A DNA stretch of 29,389 nucleotides from a virus (Duplodnaviria > Caudoviricetes). Positions within the stretch are counted from its first letter, which is position 1. The number at the start of each line of letters is the position of its first letter. Position numbers and translations under genes: made by a program. Below, piece after piece: positions 18,190 through 26,987 of the stretch. The notes beneath the pieces were generated by a model. It did not search any database. It was not told the origin of the DNA and worked only from the letters and a program-made list of their open reading frames with translations. The stretch lies in IMG/VR virus record IMGVR_UViG_3300023242_000170, positions 1 to 29,389 of that record. The stretch is one strand, 5' to 3'.

Positions 18190-19022
18190 CTAATTTAGAC
18201 GTTCGTAAATACAAAAGATTCTTTGCATTTGGATGCAGTTTTACTAATTACATATGGCCTACTTGGGCTGACTTAGTTGGAAATAACATTCCTATATACG
18301 AAAACTGGGGATGCGGTGGTGCAGGCAATCAATATATTTTTAATTCTATTATAGAATGTAACAAGCGCAATACCTTTAATAAAGATGACTTAGTTATAGT
18401 AATGTGGACTAGCTGTTCTAGAGAAGATAGATATGTCAACGATGATTGGTTATTAACTCCTACTATACAACGAGAAAAAGTATACGGAAAGTCATGGGCT
18501 AAGAAATTTGCAAATCAAGGCAAAGGACTTATGATTAGAGATTTTGCAACAATTGACGCTACCCAACACTTATTAGATGCCTGGAATGTTGATTGGGTAA
18601 ATTTAAATGGATTGCCGCTAATACGGCCGAATATGAACCGAGTAGAAACAGACATTAAAAAGAAAATTGCAACTGTTGAAGAATTTGAACAACAGTGGTC
18701 TGATTATCAAACTAATCTTTCTCAAGGAATTATTAATGATAGTGATTATATAGAAGGAGTAGAAGTCATACAGTTATATAAAGATATGTTTAAGAATATA
18801 AAATACCCAATGTTAAATGATATTATTAAAAACAAATCTAGACCAAACTATGGTGACGCACATCCACTACCATCAGAAGCATTGAGTTATTTAAACAACA
18901 CTATTACTCACAATTTAATTGCTAGCGAATTTGTAAAAACATGGGATTACCATGTAACTAATATACAAAAAGTAAATGTTATGCCTGTTACATTTGACCG
19001 AACTAATCCTAACAGATTTTAA
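18180..19022 (+). CDS. SGNH/GDSL-like hydrolase/acyltransferase-fold protein
   Basis: FGCSFT (block I), NWGCGGAGN (block II) and DAHP (DxHP, block V). Confidence 0.65.
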   Translation: MQITNLDVRKYKRFFAFGCSFTNYIWPTWADLVGNNIPIYENWGCGGAGNQYIFNSIIECNKRNTFNKDDLVIVMWTSCSREDRYVNDDWLLTPTIQREKVYGKSWAKKFANQGKGLMIRDFATIDATQHLLDAWNVDWVNLNGLPLIRPNMNRVETDIKKKIATVEEFEQQWSDYQTNLSQGIINDSDYIEGVEVIQLYKDMFKNIKYPMLNDIIKNKSRPNYGDAHPLPSEALSYLNNTITHNLIASEFVKTWDYHVTNIQKVNVMPVTFDRTNPNRF

Positions 19023-19031
19023 TTAACGATT

Positions 19032-20438
19032 TCACAGTAAGTGTGCTAGTTCAGGAAATATAGATGCAGCATCTAGCTTACGTATTGTATCTAGTTTGTT
19101 TACATACTCTTTAAAGCCTGGCAGCATATGACTATTATCTCGACTATCCATATGCTTTAATAATCCTGTCCACTGTCGCCAGCCCTTAGGATTGTGTATC
19201 CAAAATTCATCGTCTTGTGTATAATTGTCCCATAACCATGTTTTAAGTTCTGCAAAGCGTTCGCGTACATCTTGTTTGTCTGCTTCAGGTAACATTGTAA
19301 TGTTAAGGAATGTAGGTATATGAACTAAGTGTGCATTAACAAGTCCACCTCCCATCATCATATTGTGTACTCGTCCTACATTCATCTTCTTAAAGTTGCT
19401 GTTTACTTTCCACTTTATAAAGTCTGGTATATGTTTGATGTTGAATATCTGTACTGCTGTTGCCATACTAACATGTATATTATCAGGAGTATTGTCTAAC
19501 ATATGCAAAGTGCGCTCTACTTCTGCAAACTTTCCAGGGAAGCGTATGTAATCGTCACGTTCAAAACTTGCATCAACACTAACTGCAAATTTAACTTTGC
19601 GGAACTTGCTCCACAACTCAATTAGCTCGTTGTCCACAAGAAGTCCATTTGAATTATAGCGTAATAACACTTTGTCTTGATAACCTTGTCTAACAATTTC
19701 TTGAATAAACATTTTATGTTCTTTAATCATTAAAGGTTCGCCGCCAGCAAAGTAGACTTGTTTTAGATTAGGTATTTGTGCATACAACTCTTTCCAGAAT
19801 GATTCTTTTTCGTGCCACTTGTTATTAAATTCTTTCTTATCCCATGTCATCTGTTTCTTTACAGATTCATCTTCTAACTGCGGAACAAGTTTCTGCCAGT
19901 CTGCAACCCACTTGCTTGAATCATGTGGACTGCACATTACACATTTAATATTACAAGTATGTCCTAAACGCAAATCTAGGTATTGCAAGCGTTCAGGCAC
20001 AGTGCCATCTTCTTCTGTTTGGCGTATTAATTCTTCAGCGTCAACACCTTCGTCATTTAACCAAGTATAAGTTTCCCAGATACGTTTACTAACAATGCCT
20101 TGTGATTCTTCGTCAAAGCATCCTGTACAACTTGCTGGTATTTCGCCTGCAAGCATAGTAGTACGAACATTTTTCATAAAGTCGCTGTTCCATGCTTCCA
20201 TAGGAGTAACTTTTCCAAAGTTAGCATGACTGCCGTCTTTGTTTTTGATCAATCCAACAGTGTGATTTTCTCCTGCGCCGCTTGCATTTGCAGTACAGCA
20301 TAATCTCATATCGCCATTAGGACGAGTTGCTAAGTGTATCCACGGTAGTACACAAAACGTGCAACTTGATTTAGTTTCTAGGTCACGTTGAAACTTCCCT
20401 AGAATTGTATCTTCTTTATCGTACCAATACTTAGACAT
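19032..20438 (-). CDS. radical SAM protein with N-terminal SPASM/twitch-like domain
   Basis: FCVLPW...LCC...CTGC, then TCNIKCVMC, FAGGEP, NSNG and SVD. Confidence 0.9.
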   Translation of the reverse strand: MSKYWYDKEDTILGKFQRDLETKSSCTFCVLPWIHLATRPNGDMRLCCTANASGAGENHTVGLIKNKDGSHANFGKVTPMEAWNSDFMKNVRTTMLAGEIPASCTGCFDEESQGIVSKRIWETYTWLNDEGVDAEELIRQTEEDGTVPERLQYLDLRLGHTCNIKCVMCSPHDSSKWVADWQKLVPQLEDESVKKQMTWDKKEFNNKWHEKESFWKELYAQIPNLKQVYFAGGEPLMIKEHKMFIQEIVRQGYQDKVLLRYNSNGLLVDNELIELWSKFRKVKFAVSVDASFERDDYIRFPGKFAEVERTLHMLDNTPDNIHVSMATAVQIFNIKHIPDFIKWKVNSNFKKMNVGRVHNMMMGGGLVNAHLVHIPTFLNITMLPEADKQDVRERFAELKTWLWDNYTQDDEFWIHNPKGWRQWTGLLKHMDSRDNSHMLPGFKEYVNKLDTIRKLDAASIFPELAHLL

Positions 20439-20457
20439 ATGTTTTCCTGTTATTGTG

Positions 20458-20526
20458 TACTTATCGCCGAGGCCCGATCTATGTTCTTCAGTTTGGCAAT
20501 AAGAGTGCAGGACTAGTAACTAAATA
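20458..20526. promoter_or_regulatory. divergent promoter region with late-like motifs
   Basis: GATAAGTA on the minus strand (20458-20465) and ACTAAATA on the plus strand (20519-20526). Confidence 0.45.
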
Positions 20527-20532
20527 TTGTTA

Positions 20533-21039
20533 ATGAAACATTTAGGTAATATAGAAAATAACAACTGGATTACCCAAGTTGTAGAGCAAGTAATGTCTAA
20601 AGAAGGCATGTTGCGTCCTAAGCAAGGCGGTATTCCAGATGGAGACAAAGGAAAACGTGAGTGGCAAAAAGCAATTGATGCTGGTTATGATCCTACTGCG
20701 GTGTACTTTCAAATGTTTGATAAAGACAATTTACAAATAGACGTTCCAAATATTTCAACATGCGGCAGACTGCAACACTGGTGGATTACTAAAATGCTGC
20801 CTGGCAACTTTATGCCGATGCATATGGATCCTCATACTGTGCAACAACAAAATGCAGATAGATTTTGGATACCATTACAAGACTGGCAACCCGGACACAT
20901 CTTTATGTACGAAGACTATGTTACAACTAACTACAAAAAGGGTGATATATTTCAATACGCAAATAGTGCTGCACTACATGGTGCAGCTAATATAGGATCT
21001 ACTCCAAGAGTAGTATTACAGGTTACGTTACATGAATAA
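20533..21039 (+). CDS. 2OG-Fe(II)/cupin oxygenase-like protein
   Basis: PGNFMPMHMD...LHGAANIG..PRVVLQ. Paralog-like to 14743-15312. Confidence 0.78.
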   Translation: MKHLGNIENNNWITQVVEQVMSKEGMLRPKQGGIPDGDKGKREWQKAIDAGYDPTAVYFQMFDKDNLQIDVPNISTCGRLQHWWITKMLPGNFMPMHMDPHTVQQQNADRFWIPLQDWQPGHIFMYEDYVTTNYKKGDIFQYANSAALHGAANIGSTPRVVLQVTLHE

Positions 21040-22591
21040 AAAAATAGTAATAGTCGGCGGTGGCACAGCAGGATGGATGGCTGCTGCTTATCTTGCAAAG
21101 TACCACGGTAGTGAAAATGTTACAGTTGTAGAGTCTGCTACTATTCCAAAGATCGGAATTGGTGAAAGTGTTACTCCGCACGTTCGAGATTTCTTTGAAG
21201 AGATTGACATGGACGAAACCGACTGGATGAAAGAAACAGGTGCTATTCACAAGTATGCAAATAAGTTTGTTGACTGGTGCGGTGCAGATGACGAGTCGTA
21301 TTTTAGCTTTAATTACACTACTCCTGCAAAAAACCTGTACAAGGATATATCTAAAAATGTATCCAGCAACGATTTTAGTGAAAATACTACACAAGCAAGA
21401 ACTATAGATATTTTATCTCACTTCTTGCATAATAATACGTATGACAGATTTGATCAATACTTTTGCCCACAGTTTCATTATATGGAAAATAATGTTTCTC
21501 CATATAATAACAATACTGCTGTGTTAAATCAAGCACACAGTTATGCCCATCATATTAACGCAGAGCTTATAGGCACTTATATTAAAACTAAAGTTGCTCC
21601 TAATATTACTAATATAATTGCCAACGTTATTAAAGTAAATGTACACGAAGAAGACATTAGTTCAATCGAATTAGACAATGGATCTATAATAACTGCTGAC
21701 TGGTTTATCGACTGTACCGGGTTTAGTAAAGTATTAGTTAATGCACTAGACTGGAAAACAAAAACATACGATCATCCAATAGATAGTGCCTGGGTGTGCC
21801 AAACCGATTATAGCAATCCTGAATCCGAGATGGTAAACTATACACAAAGTATTGCAGAGCCATACGGATGGCGTTTTAATATAGGACTATATCATCGTGC
21901 CGGGAACGGCTACTGTTTTAGTTCACAACATGTTAGTGACGAGGATGCTAAAGAGCATTTTCTAAAACAAATTAAGACTCCTAAAAACGAACCAAGATTA
22001 ATTAAATGGAAGCCTGAGAGATTAGAAACGTTTGCTAACGGAAACTGTGTAGCTGTTGGCCTAACGTGTGGATTTGTCGAGCCACTTGAAGCAAATGCGC
22101 TATACACCATAGTTACTAGTATTAGAAGATTGAACGAAGTATTAAATCTAGCAAATTATGATTCGTATAATGAAAAAATGGCATGTACTATTGACGACAT
22201 TGCTGATTTTATTTTAGTACACTATACGCTTAGTCCTAGAACAGATACTAAATTTTGGACAGACATGCAGGTAATGGGAAAAGCAAACGATCATGCATCT
22301 TTAGTTATAGACAAAATTTATAACAAACGTAATAGTATGCTTGGGGCTATTACAGGATATACTATGTTTCCTGATTATATGTGGGCACAACTTGCAGCTC
22401 ACTGGAATATAGATTTCGACATTCGGAATAACTCTAGCGATGCAGATAAAATATTAGCAAAGATGCATTTTGATTTTAATAATAATAAACATAAGTATAT
22501 TTCATCATTAGGCGAAAACAACTACGCATGGCTTAAGAGTAATATCTTTGGAAATGTACCTAGCAAAAAATGGAAAGCTAGTAGTGAGTAG
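21032..22591 (+). CDS. tryptophan halogenase-family flavin-dependent enzyme
   Basis: GGGTAGW, IGIGES, TGAIHK (catalytic Lys position), FIDCTGF and GFVEPLEA. Confidence 0.88.
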   Translation: MNKKIVIVGGGTAGWMAAAYLAKYHGSENVTVVESATIPKIGIGESVTPHVRDFFEEIDMDETDWMKETGAIHKYANKFVDWCGADDESYFSFNYTTPAKNLYKDISKNVSSNDFSENTTQARTIDILSHFLHNNTYDRFDQYFCPQFHYMENNVSPYNNNTAVLNQAHSYAHHINAELIGTYIKTKVAPNITNIIANVIKVNVHEEDISSIELDNGSIITADWFIDCTGFSKVLVNALDWKTKTYDHPIDSAWVCQTDYSNPESEMVNYTQSIAEPYGWRFNIGLYHRAGNGYCFSSQHVSDEDAKEHFLKQIKTPKNEPRLIKWKPERLETFANGNCVAVGLTCGFVEPLEANALYTIVTSIRRLNEVLNLANYDSYNEKMACTIDDIADFILVHYTLSPRTDTKFWTDMQVMGKANDHASLVIDKIYNKRNSMLGAITGYTMFPDYMWAQLAAHWNIDFDIRNNSSDADKILAKMHFDFNNNKHKYISSLGENNYAWLKSNIFGNVPSKKWKASSE

Positions 22592-23018
22592 CGTCGAACA
22601 AGGTATTTCTGAATGGATTGATAAGATTTCAGAAACACGTTCTGAATTAGGAGGATTACCTGTTTGTCCGTTTGCCAAAAAAGCTAGATACAAAGTAGAA
22701 CATTTAGTAGACCTCAATATTAATCCTGTGCTAGGTTCATTAGAACTAATAGTTTATATACTAGACAACAAGTACACATTCGAACAACTAGATACTATTG
22801 CAAAAGAGTACAATAGTTTTTATCCTTCTTTAGTATTTTTGCCAGACGGTATAGATAGATATTCTAATATTAATGGAGTACAAACTAGTAACGGAAAATA
22901 TAATATATTATTATGCCAAGACAGGGCTGGGCTGCAAAAGGGCAGAGATACACTACAAAATACATCGTATTACTCGTTCTGGGACAAAGATTATTTAAAG
23001 GAGATTTTAGAACAATGA
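22584..23018 (+). CDS. hypothetical protein (DUF1415-like CPFA motif); probable GTG start at 22584
   Basis: LPVCPFAK motif; ATGA overlap with the next gene. Confidence 0.6.
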   Translation: MSSVEQGISEWIDKISETRSELGGLPVCPFAKKARYKVEHLVDLNINPVLGSLELIVYILDNKYTFEQLDTIAKEYNSFYPSLVFLPDGIDRYSNINGVQTSNGKYNILLCQDRAGLQKGRDTLQNTSYYSFWDKDYLKEILEQ

Positions 23019-23632
23019 CTGAAAATATATACCACCGATACTTAACACTTCCATTTGAGTTTACTAAACCAGAAAAATTTAATTATGCTGGCGAACGTTT
23101 TGCAGTTGCAATGGAAGAAAGCGATGTTTATCAACCTTTTAGAGAGTGGATTCAAAGTCTTGGGCTAGAATTATCTAATATCTTAGAAGCGTTTTATACA
23201 TGTCCAGGTGGCAGCGATGTACCACTTCATGCCGATCCTGGAATGTTGCCTGGGACCGCAGACGTATGTAAATTAAACTTTACATGGGGGCCGGAAGATA
23301 GCACCACACGATGGTACAAAATTAGAGACGAAACAAAGTATGAAAAATTTTACGGTGGCACAGCCAGTGGATCTAATAAGAAGTTTTATGAGGCTGGTAT
23401 TAATCCTGACATTGACATAGACTATAGCATAATAGCAGATTTTGACGACTGTGACTTAGTGTACGAAGCTGTTATAAACAAGCCTAGTCTTATTAATGTT
23501 GGACAGCTTCACTCTACATGGAATCCTGGCGACGAATACCGCTGGACCTTTTGTTTTGTGTTATTAGAAAATAACGAGCCAATAACAATGGAAAGAGGAT
23601 GTGAAATATTCAAGAACTACATAGATAGTTAA
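23015..23632 (+). CDS. cupin/2OG-Fe(II) oxygenase-like protein (start ATG 23015)
   Basis: AAGGAG RBS; PLHAD...KLNFTWG...PSLINVGQLHSTWN...RW. Confidence 0.7.
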   Translation: MTENIYHRYLTLPFEFTKPEKFNYAGERFAVAMEESDVYQPFREWIQSLGLELSNILEAFYTCPGGSDVPLHADPGMLPGTADVCKLNFTWGPEDSTTRWYKIRDETKYEKFYGGTASGSNKKFYEAGINPDIDIDYSIIADFDDCDLVYEAVINKPSLINVGQLHSTWNPGDEYRWTFCFVLLENNEPITMERGCEIFKNYIDS

Positions 23633-23639
23633 CTACGCA

Positions 23640-23647
23640 TATAAATA
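23640..23647 (+). promoter_or_regulatory. T4-type late promoter TATAAATA
   Basis: Exact consensus, upstream of the aminotransferase operon. Confidence 0.75.
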
Positions 23648-23672
23648 GTTTAACACTGAATAGGAAACAAAC

Positions 23673-24812
23673 ATGAAATTTAAAGGATTAATACCTGAAC
23701 ACCAAGTCCAAGACATACTTTTACCGTTACCGAGGTGGAATTATGGTGAAATTAGAGAAGGTAGAAAAGTTATAGATCCTCTTATGCACTTTGGTGCATT
23801 TGTATTAGGATACCAAAAAGACGAAATCGTAGACTTTGTTGCAGATGTACTCAAAGGCGAACGTCCTGAGCTTGGCGAAAACCAAATGTCAAAGGGCGGT
23901 GCTAACAGATTAAATCATATCAGCTTTGAATTTGCCGACAGAGTTCATGCACTAACTGGAATGAAGTCTTTTTATTCACTTAGTGGGTCCGATGCTAATG
24001 AAGGCGCTATTAAATTAGCTACTGCATACCAATGGCAAAAAGGCAACAAACATAAGAACATAGTTGTAGGGTTCAGCGACAGCTACCACGGTAGTACTAT
24101 GATGACATGCAGCGTAGGCTACGAAAACTTTATGGACAATCCATTTTATACACTAGAGCCGCATCAGAATACAAGACGCATATCCAGAATCTGGGCAGAG
24201 CAAGATATAGACTGGGATAATGTGGCTGCTGTAATGATCGAACCATGTTCATACGGTTCTGCGCTGCTACCTCCTACTGATGAATGGTGGGCACACTTAG
24301 ACAAACTACGCACAGACCACGATGTTGTAATTATATTTGACGATATCTTTACTGGTGGTGGTAAGACAGGTAACTATGTAGGTTGGCATGACACTCCTAT
24401 CAAGCCAGATATTTCAACTATGGGCAAAGCAATAACAGGTGGATTTTTCCCCCTAAGTATGGTATTATATAATGAGAGAATTGAAAATGTTCTGCCTGAA
24501 GGCTTTTTCTGGGAACACGGATTTACTTACAGCTTTAGTTTAGCAGGAATAGCTAGTGCTATAAAATACTTAGATATTCTAGAACGTGATAACTTATTAG
24601 AAAAGCATGACGAAATAGTAGAACGTGCTATTTCAGTATTTGAAAATAACGGACACGTAGTTACTAGTAGATATGGATTAATATTTAAAGCTGCTAGAAG
24701 CGACAATAAAAAAGACAAACACTTTTATGTAATACCGATGAACGCGGGCGATGAATACTTTGAAGCACTACAGGAGAACCTAATATGGTTTACACAGAAT
24801 ACGACCCACTAG
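23673..24812 (+). CDS. class III PLP-dependent aminotransferase
   Basis: SGSDANEGAIK, SYHGST, IEP, IFDDIFTGGGKTG, GKAITGG (PLP Lys) and HGFTY. Confidence 0.9.
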   Translation: MKFKGLIPEHQVQDILLPLPRWNYGEIREGRKVIDPLMHFGAFVLGYQKDEIVDFVADVLKGERPELGENQMSKGGANRLNHISFEFADRVHALTGMKSFYSLSGSDANEGAIKLATAYQWQKGNKHKNIVVGFSDSYHGSTMMTCSVGYENFMDNPFYTLEPHQNTRRISRIWAEQDIDWDNVAAVMIEPCSYGSALLPPTDEWWAHLDKLRTDHDVVIIFDDIFTGGGKTGNYVGWHDTPIKPDISTMGKAITGGFFPLSMVLYNERIENVLPEGFFWEHGFTYSFSLAGIASAIKYLDILERDNLLEKHDEIVERAISVFENNGHVVTSRYGLIFKAARSDNKKDKHFYVIPMNAGDEYFEALQENLIWFTQNTTH

Positions 24813-25867
24813 AAGAAGTTATTGTTGCAGATTCGTATGCAGGTGGTGACTTAGATCATTTATTTCCAAATGAGAACTTATCACAGTTTAATCAAATACT
24901 AGACGAAACAAAAGAAGACTTTGACAAATTAGCAGACTTCTTAAAAGCAGCCGGAGTTACAGTTAAGAGACCAGACGTATATCATTACGATGGTCATATC
25001 GCAATGTCAGGGTTTGATGTAAAGTTTCCAATGGGACCAACCGTTCCTAGAGACCAATACAAAGTATTAGATAAAACTATTATCCAAACATACACTAGCT
25101 TAACTGATCGGTATTTTGATGGACTAAGTTTTTATAATATATTTTCAGAAATGTTTGACGAGGGCTATAATTGGATTAGCCAAGCTGCTCCTCCATTAGT
25201 TCCTGTTACGCCAAGTGACATATGGTACATGCCGGGGCAAGAGCCCGGAGCTAACATTTATTATAGTAAATTAAAAGACAGAATATTATTTCACACAGCA
25301 ACTATGTATCCTGTAGGTGATAAAATTATTATAGACGCCGATGGACCTGGTAGTAAAAAAGGCTACGAATGGCTTAAACGTAATTTAACAGACTTTGAAT
25401 TTATAGAAAACACTAACGGGCATGCTGAAAACTACGGACATATTGATCACGGATTTCTTATGATCGACGACGAGACAGTTTTACATGCTGGCATTGAATG
25501 GGTACCACATGCATTGCGGCATTTAAAATTAATCGATGCTGAACAATTTGTTCCTTCACCGAAGACAAAAGAATACAAAAGAAACTTCATTGCTAAAGGT
25601 GGTAGATACGAATTAGACTGGGTTGAAAATTATTTAGGTAATTGGACAGGATATAACCAAGACTGTTGCTTTGACTTTAACGTACTAGTTGTGGATAGAA
25701 ACAACCTTATCTTTGGACGAAAAGTTCCAGATCTATTTAAATTCTTAAAAACACACGGAATTGATTGTCATGTATGTGACCAACGTCATATGCTGTTCTG
25801 GGAAGGTGGCATTCATTGCAGTACATTAGATACTAAAAGGCGTGGTTCTAAAAGGTCAATTATTTAG
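24785..25867 (+). CDS. amidinotransferase (glycine/inosamine-phosphate amidinotransferase, pentein fold)
   Basis: EYDPLEEVIV, PRD, HID and GGIHCSTLD (catalytic Cys). Confidence 0.88.
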   Translation: MVYTEYDPLEEVIVADSYAGGDLDHLFPNENLSQFNQILDETKEDFDKLADFLKAAGVTVKRPDVYHYDGHIAMSGFDVKFPMGPTVPRDQYKVLDKTIIQTYTSLTDRYFDGLSFYNIFSEMFDEGYNWISQAAPPLVPVTPSDIWYMPGQEPGANIYYSKLKDRILFHTATMYPVGDKIIIDADGPGSKKGYEWLKRNLTDFEFIENTNGHAENYGHIDHGFLMIDDETVLHAGIEWVPHALRHLKLIDAEQFVPSPKTKEYKRNFIAKGGRYELDWVENYLGNWTGYNQDCCFDFNVLVVDRNNLIFGRKVPDLFKFLKTHGIDCHVCDQRHMLFWEGGIHCSTLDTKRRGSKRSII

Positions 25868-25868
25868 T

Positions 25869-26006
25869 ATGGAACAATTAACTGTACAAGATGTTATTAA
25901 GCGAGCCGGTGGAATAAAGTTAATCAACGACACCGGCATTTCTAGTGATAATAAGTACATAGTCCATGCTGAAGACTGTATTAAAGAACAATTAGATAAC
26001 TTATGA
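25869..26006 (+). CDS. 45-aa hypothetical peptide (MEQLTVQDVIKRAGG...), not in the ORF track
   Basis: Starts 1 nt after the amidinotransferase stop and ends in an ATGA overlap with speD. Confidence 0.55.
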   Translation: MEQLTVQDVIKRAGGIKLINDTGISSDNKYIVHAEDCIKEQLDNL

Positions 26007-26374
26007 AATTACTAGAACACAAACACTTGATCATTCGTACCGAAGTTAACAACCCTCCAAGAGATGAAGTTTGGTTACAAAATTGGCTTACTGAACTAGT
26101 AGATAAAATTGGTATGAAAGTATGCCGAGGGCCTATTACTGCATATGTTGACATGCCCGGTAACGAAGGATTAACTGGCGTAGTTGTAATCGAAACTAGT
26201 CATATTGCAATACATGTATGGGACGCTGTTGAGCCAGCACTTGTGCAACTAGATGTTTACACATGTGGTGCTTTAAATAAAGACATTATTTTTGCAGAGT
26301 TAAAACAATGGGATCCTGTTAAAATTGAATGGAAATACCTAGATAGAGAATTTGGATTAAACGAAGTGAAGTAA
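26003..26374 (+). CDS. speD: S-adenosylmethionine decarboxylase proenzyme
   Basis: KHLI, GLTGVVVIETSHIAIHVW (pyruvoyl cleavage site) and QLDVYTCG. Confidence 0.92.
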   Translation: MKLLEHKHLIIRTEVNNPPRDEVWLQNWLTELVDKIGMKVCRGPITAYVDMPGNEGLTGVVVIETSHIAIHVWDAVEPALVQLDVYTCGALNKDIIFAELKQWDPVKIEWKYLDREFGLNEVK

Positions 26375-26387
26375 AGAAAGAAGTATT

Positions 26388-26987
26388 ATGATATTATCAA
26401 TATTTGGATTACCAGTTGTTATAATTAAAAATAATGATATAAACACATTATTTTCGAACGAACTACATGACGAAGTAATGAAGCATCTTATGCTTCCTGA
26501 AAATAAAGATGTTAGTCACCCGTACGCAAGAGGTGGACGAGTTTGTAGTACAGATCTTAATTTTACATTAACTAGCGATAAAGCGAAACAATTTAATATA
26601 CTATTAGATACACTTAAACAAACAGGAATAAAGTATGCTAATTTGTATTCAGATGCCACTGATTTACAATTTGATAATATGTGGATTAATTTAACTTATG
26701 CAGGTTGCGAAACTAGAAATCACTGGGATAGGTATACCGAAGAAGATGAAAAAACTCTAATAATGTTATTCTATCCTAAAGCTCCTTTGGGTGGATCAAA
26801 TTTAGTTTTTATACACAACAGCAATTACGGTGATTGGCCTAGCGAATATCAAGATAGTGACGTACTTAGACTTGCTATCGAAGAAGGCGATATTGTTATT
26901 ATGGACAATACTATTTTACATGCTGTAGATGCACATATGCCAAGTGAGCCTCGTATGTGTATTGCTACTGAATTTAAGTTTGTTTAA
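26388..26987 (+). CDS. 2OG-Fe(II) oxygenase (TIGR02466-like)
   Basis: FGLPV, MWIN, NHWD, EEGDIVI...LHAV and PRMCIA. Confidence 0.78.
   Translation: MILSIFGLPVVIIKNNDINTLFSNELHDEVMKHLMLPENKDVSHPYARGGRVCSTDLNFTLTSDKAKQFNILLDTLKQTGIKYANLYSDATDLQFDNMWINLTYAGCETRNHWDRYTEEDEKTLIMLFYPKAPLGGSNLVFIHNSNYGDWPSEYQDSDVLRLAIEEGDIVIMDNTILHAVDAHMPSEPRMCIATEFKFV

Noticed and set aside
20460-20503. Hammerhead ribozyme (CTGAAGA on the minus strand) or SAM riboswitch
   Set aside because: No stem II followed by GAAA, and no recognisable riboswitch consensus.
24785-25867. Amidinotransferase as an archaeosine (G+) synthase linked to queE
   Set aside because: It has pentein-fold Arg amidinotransferase motifs, unlike ArcS, QueF-like or GAT-QueC enzymes, and lies 24 kb from queE.
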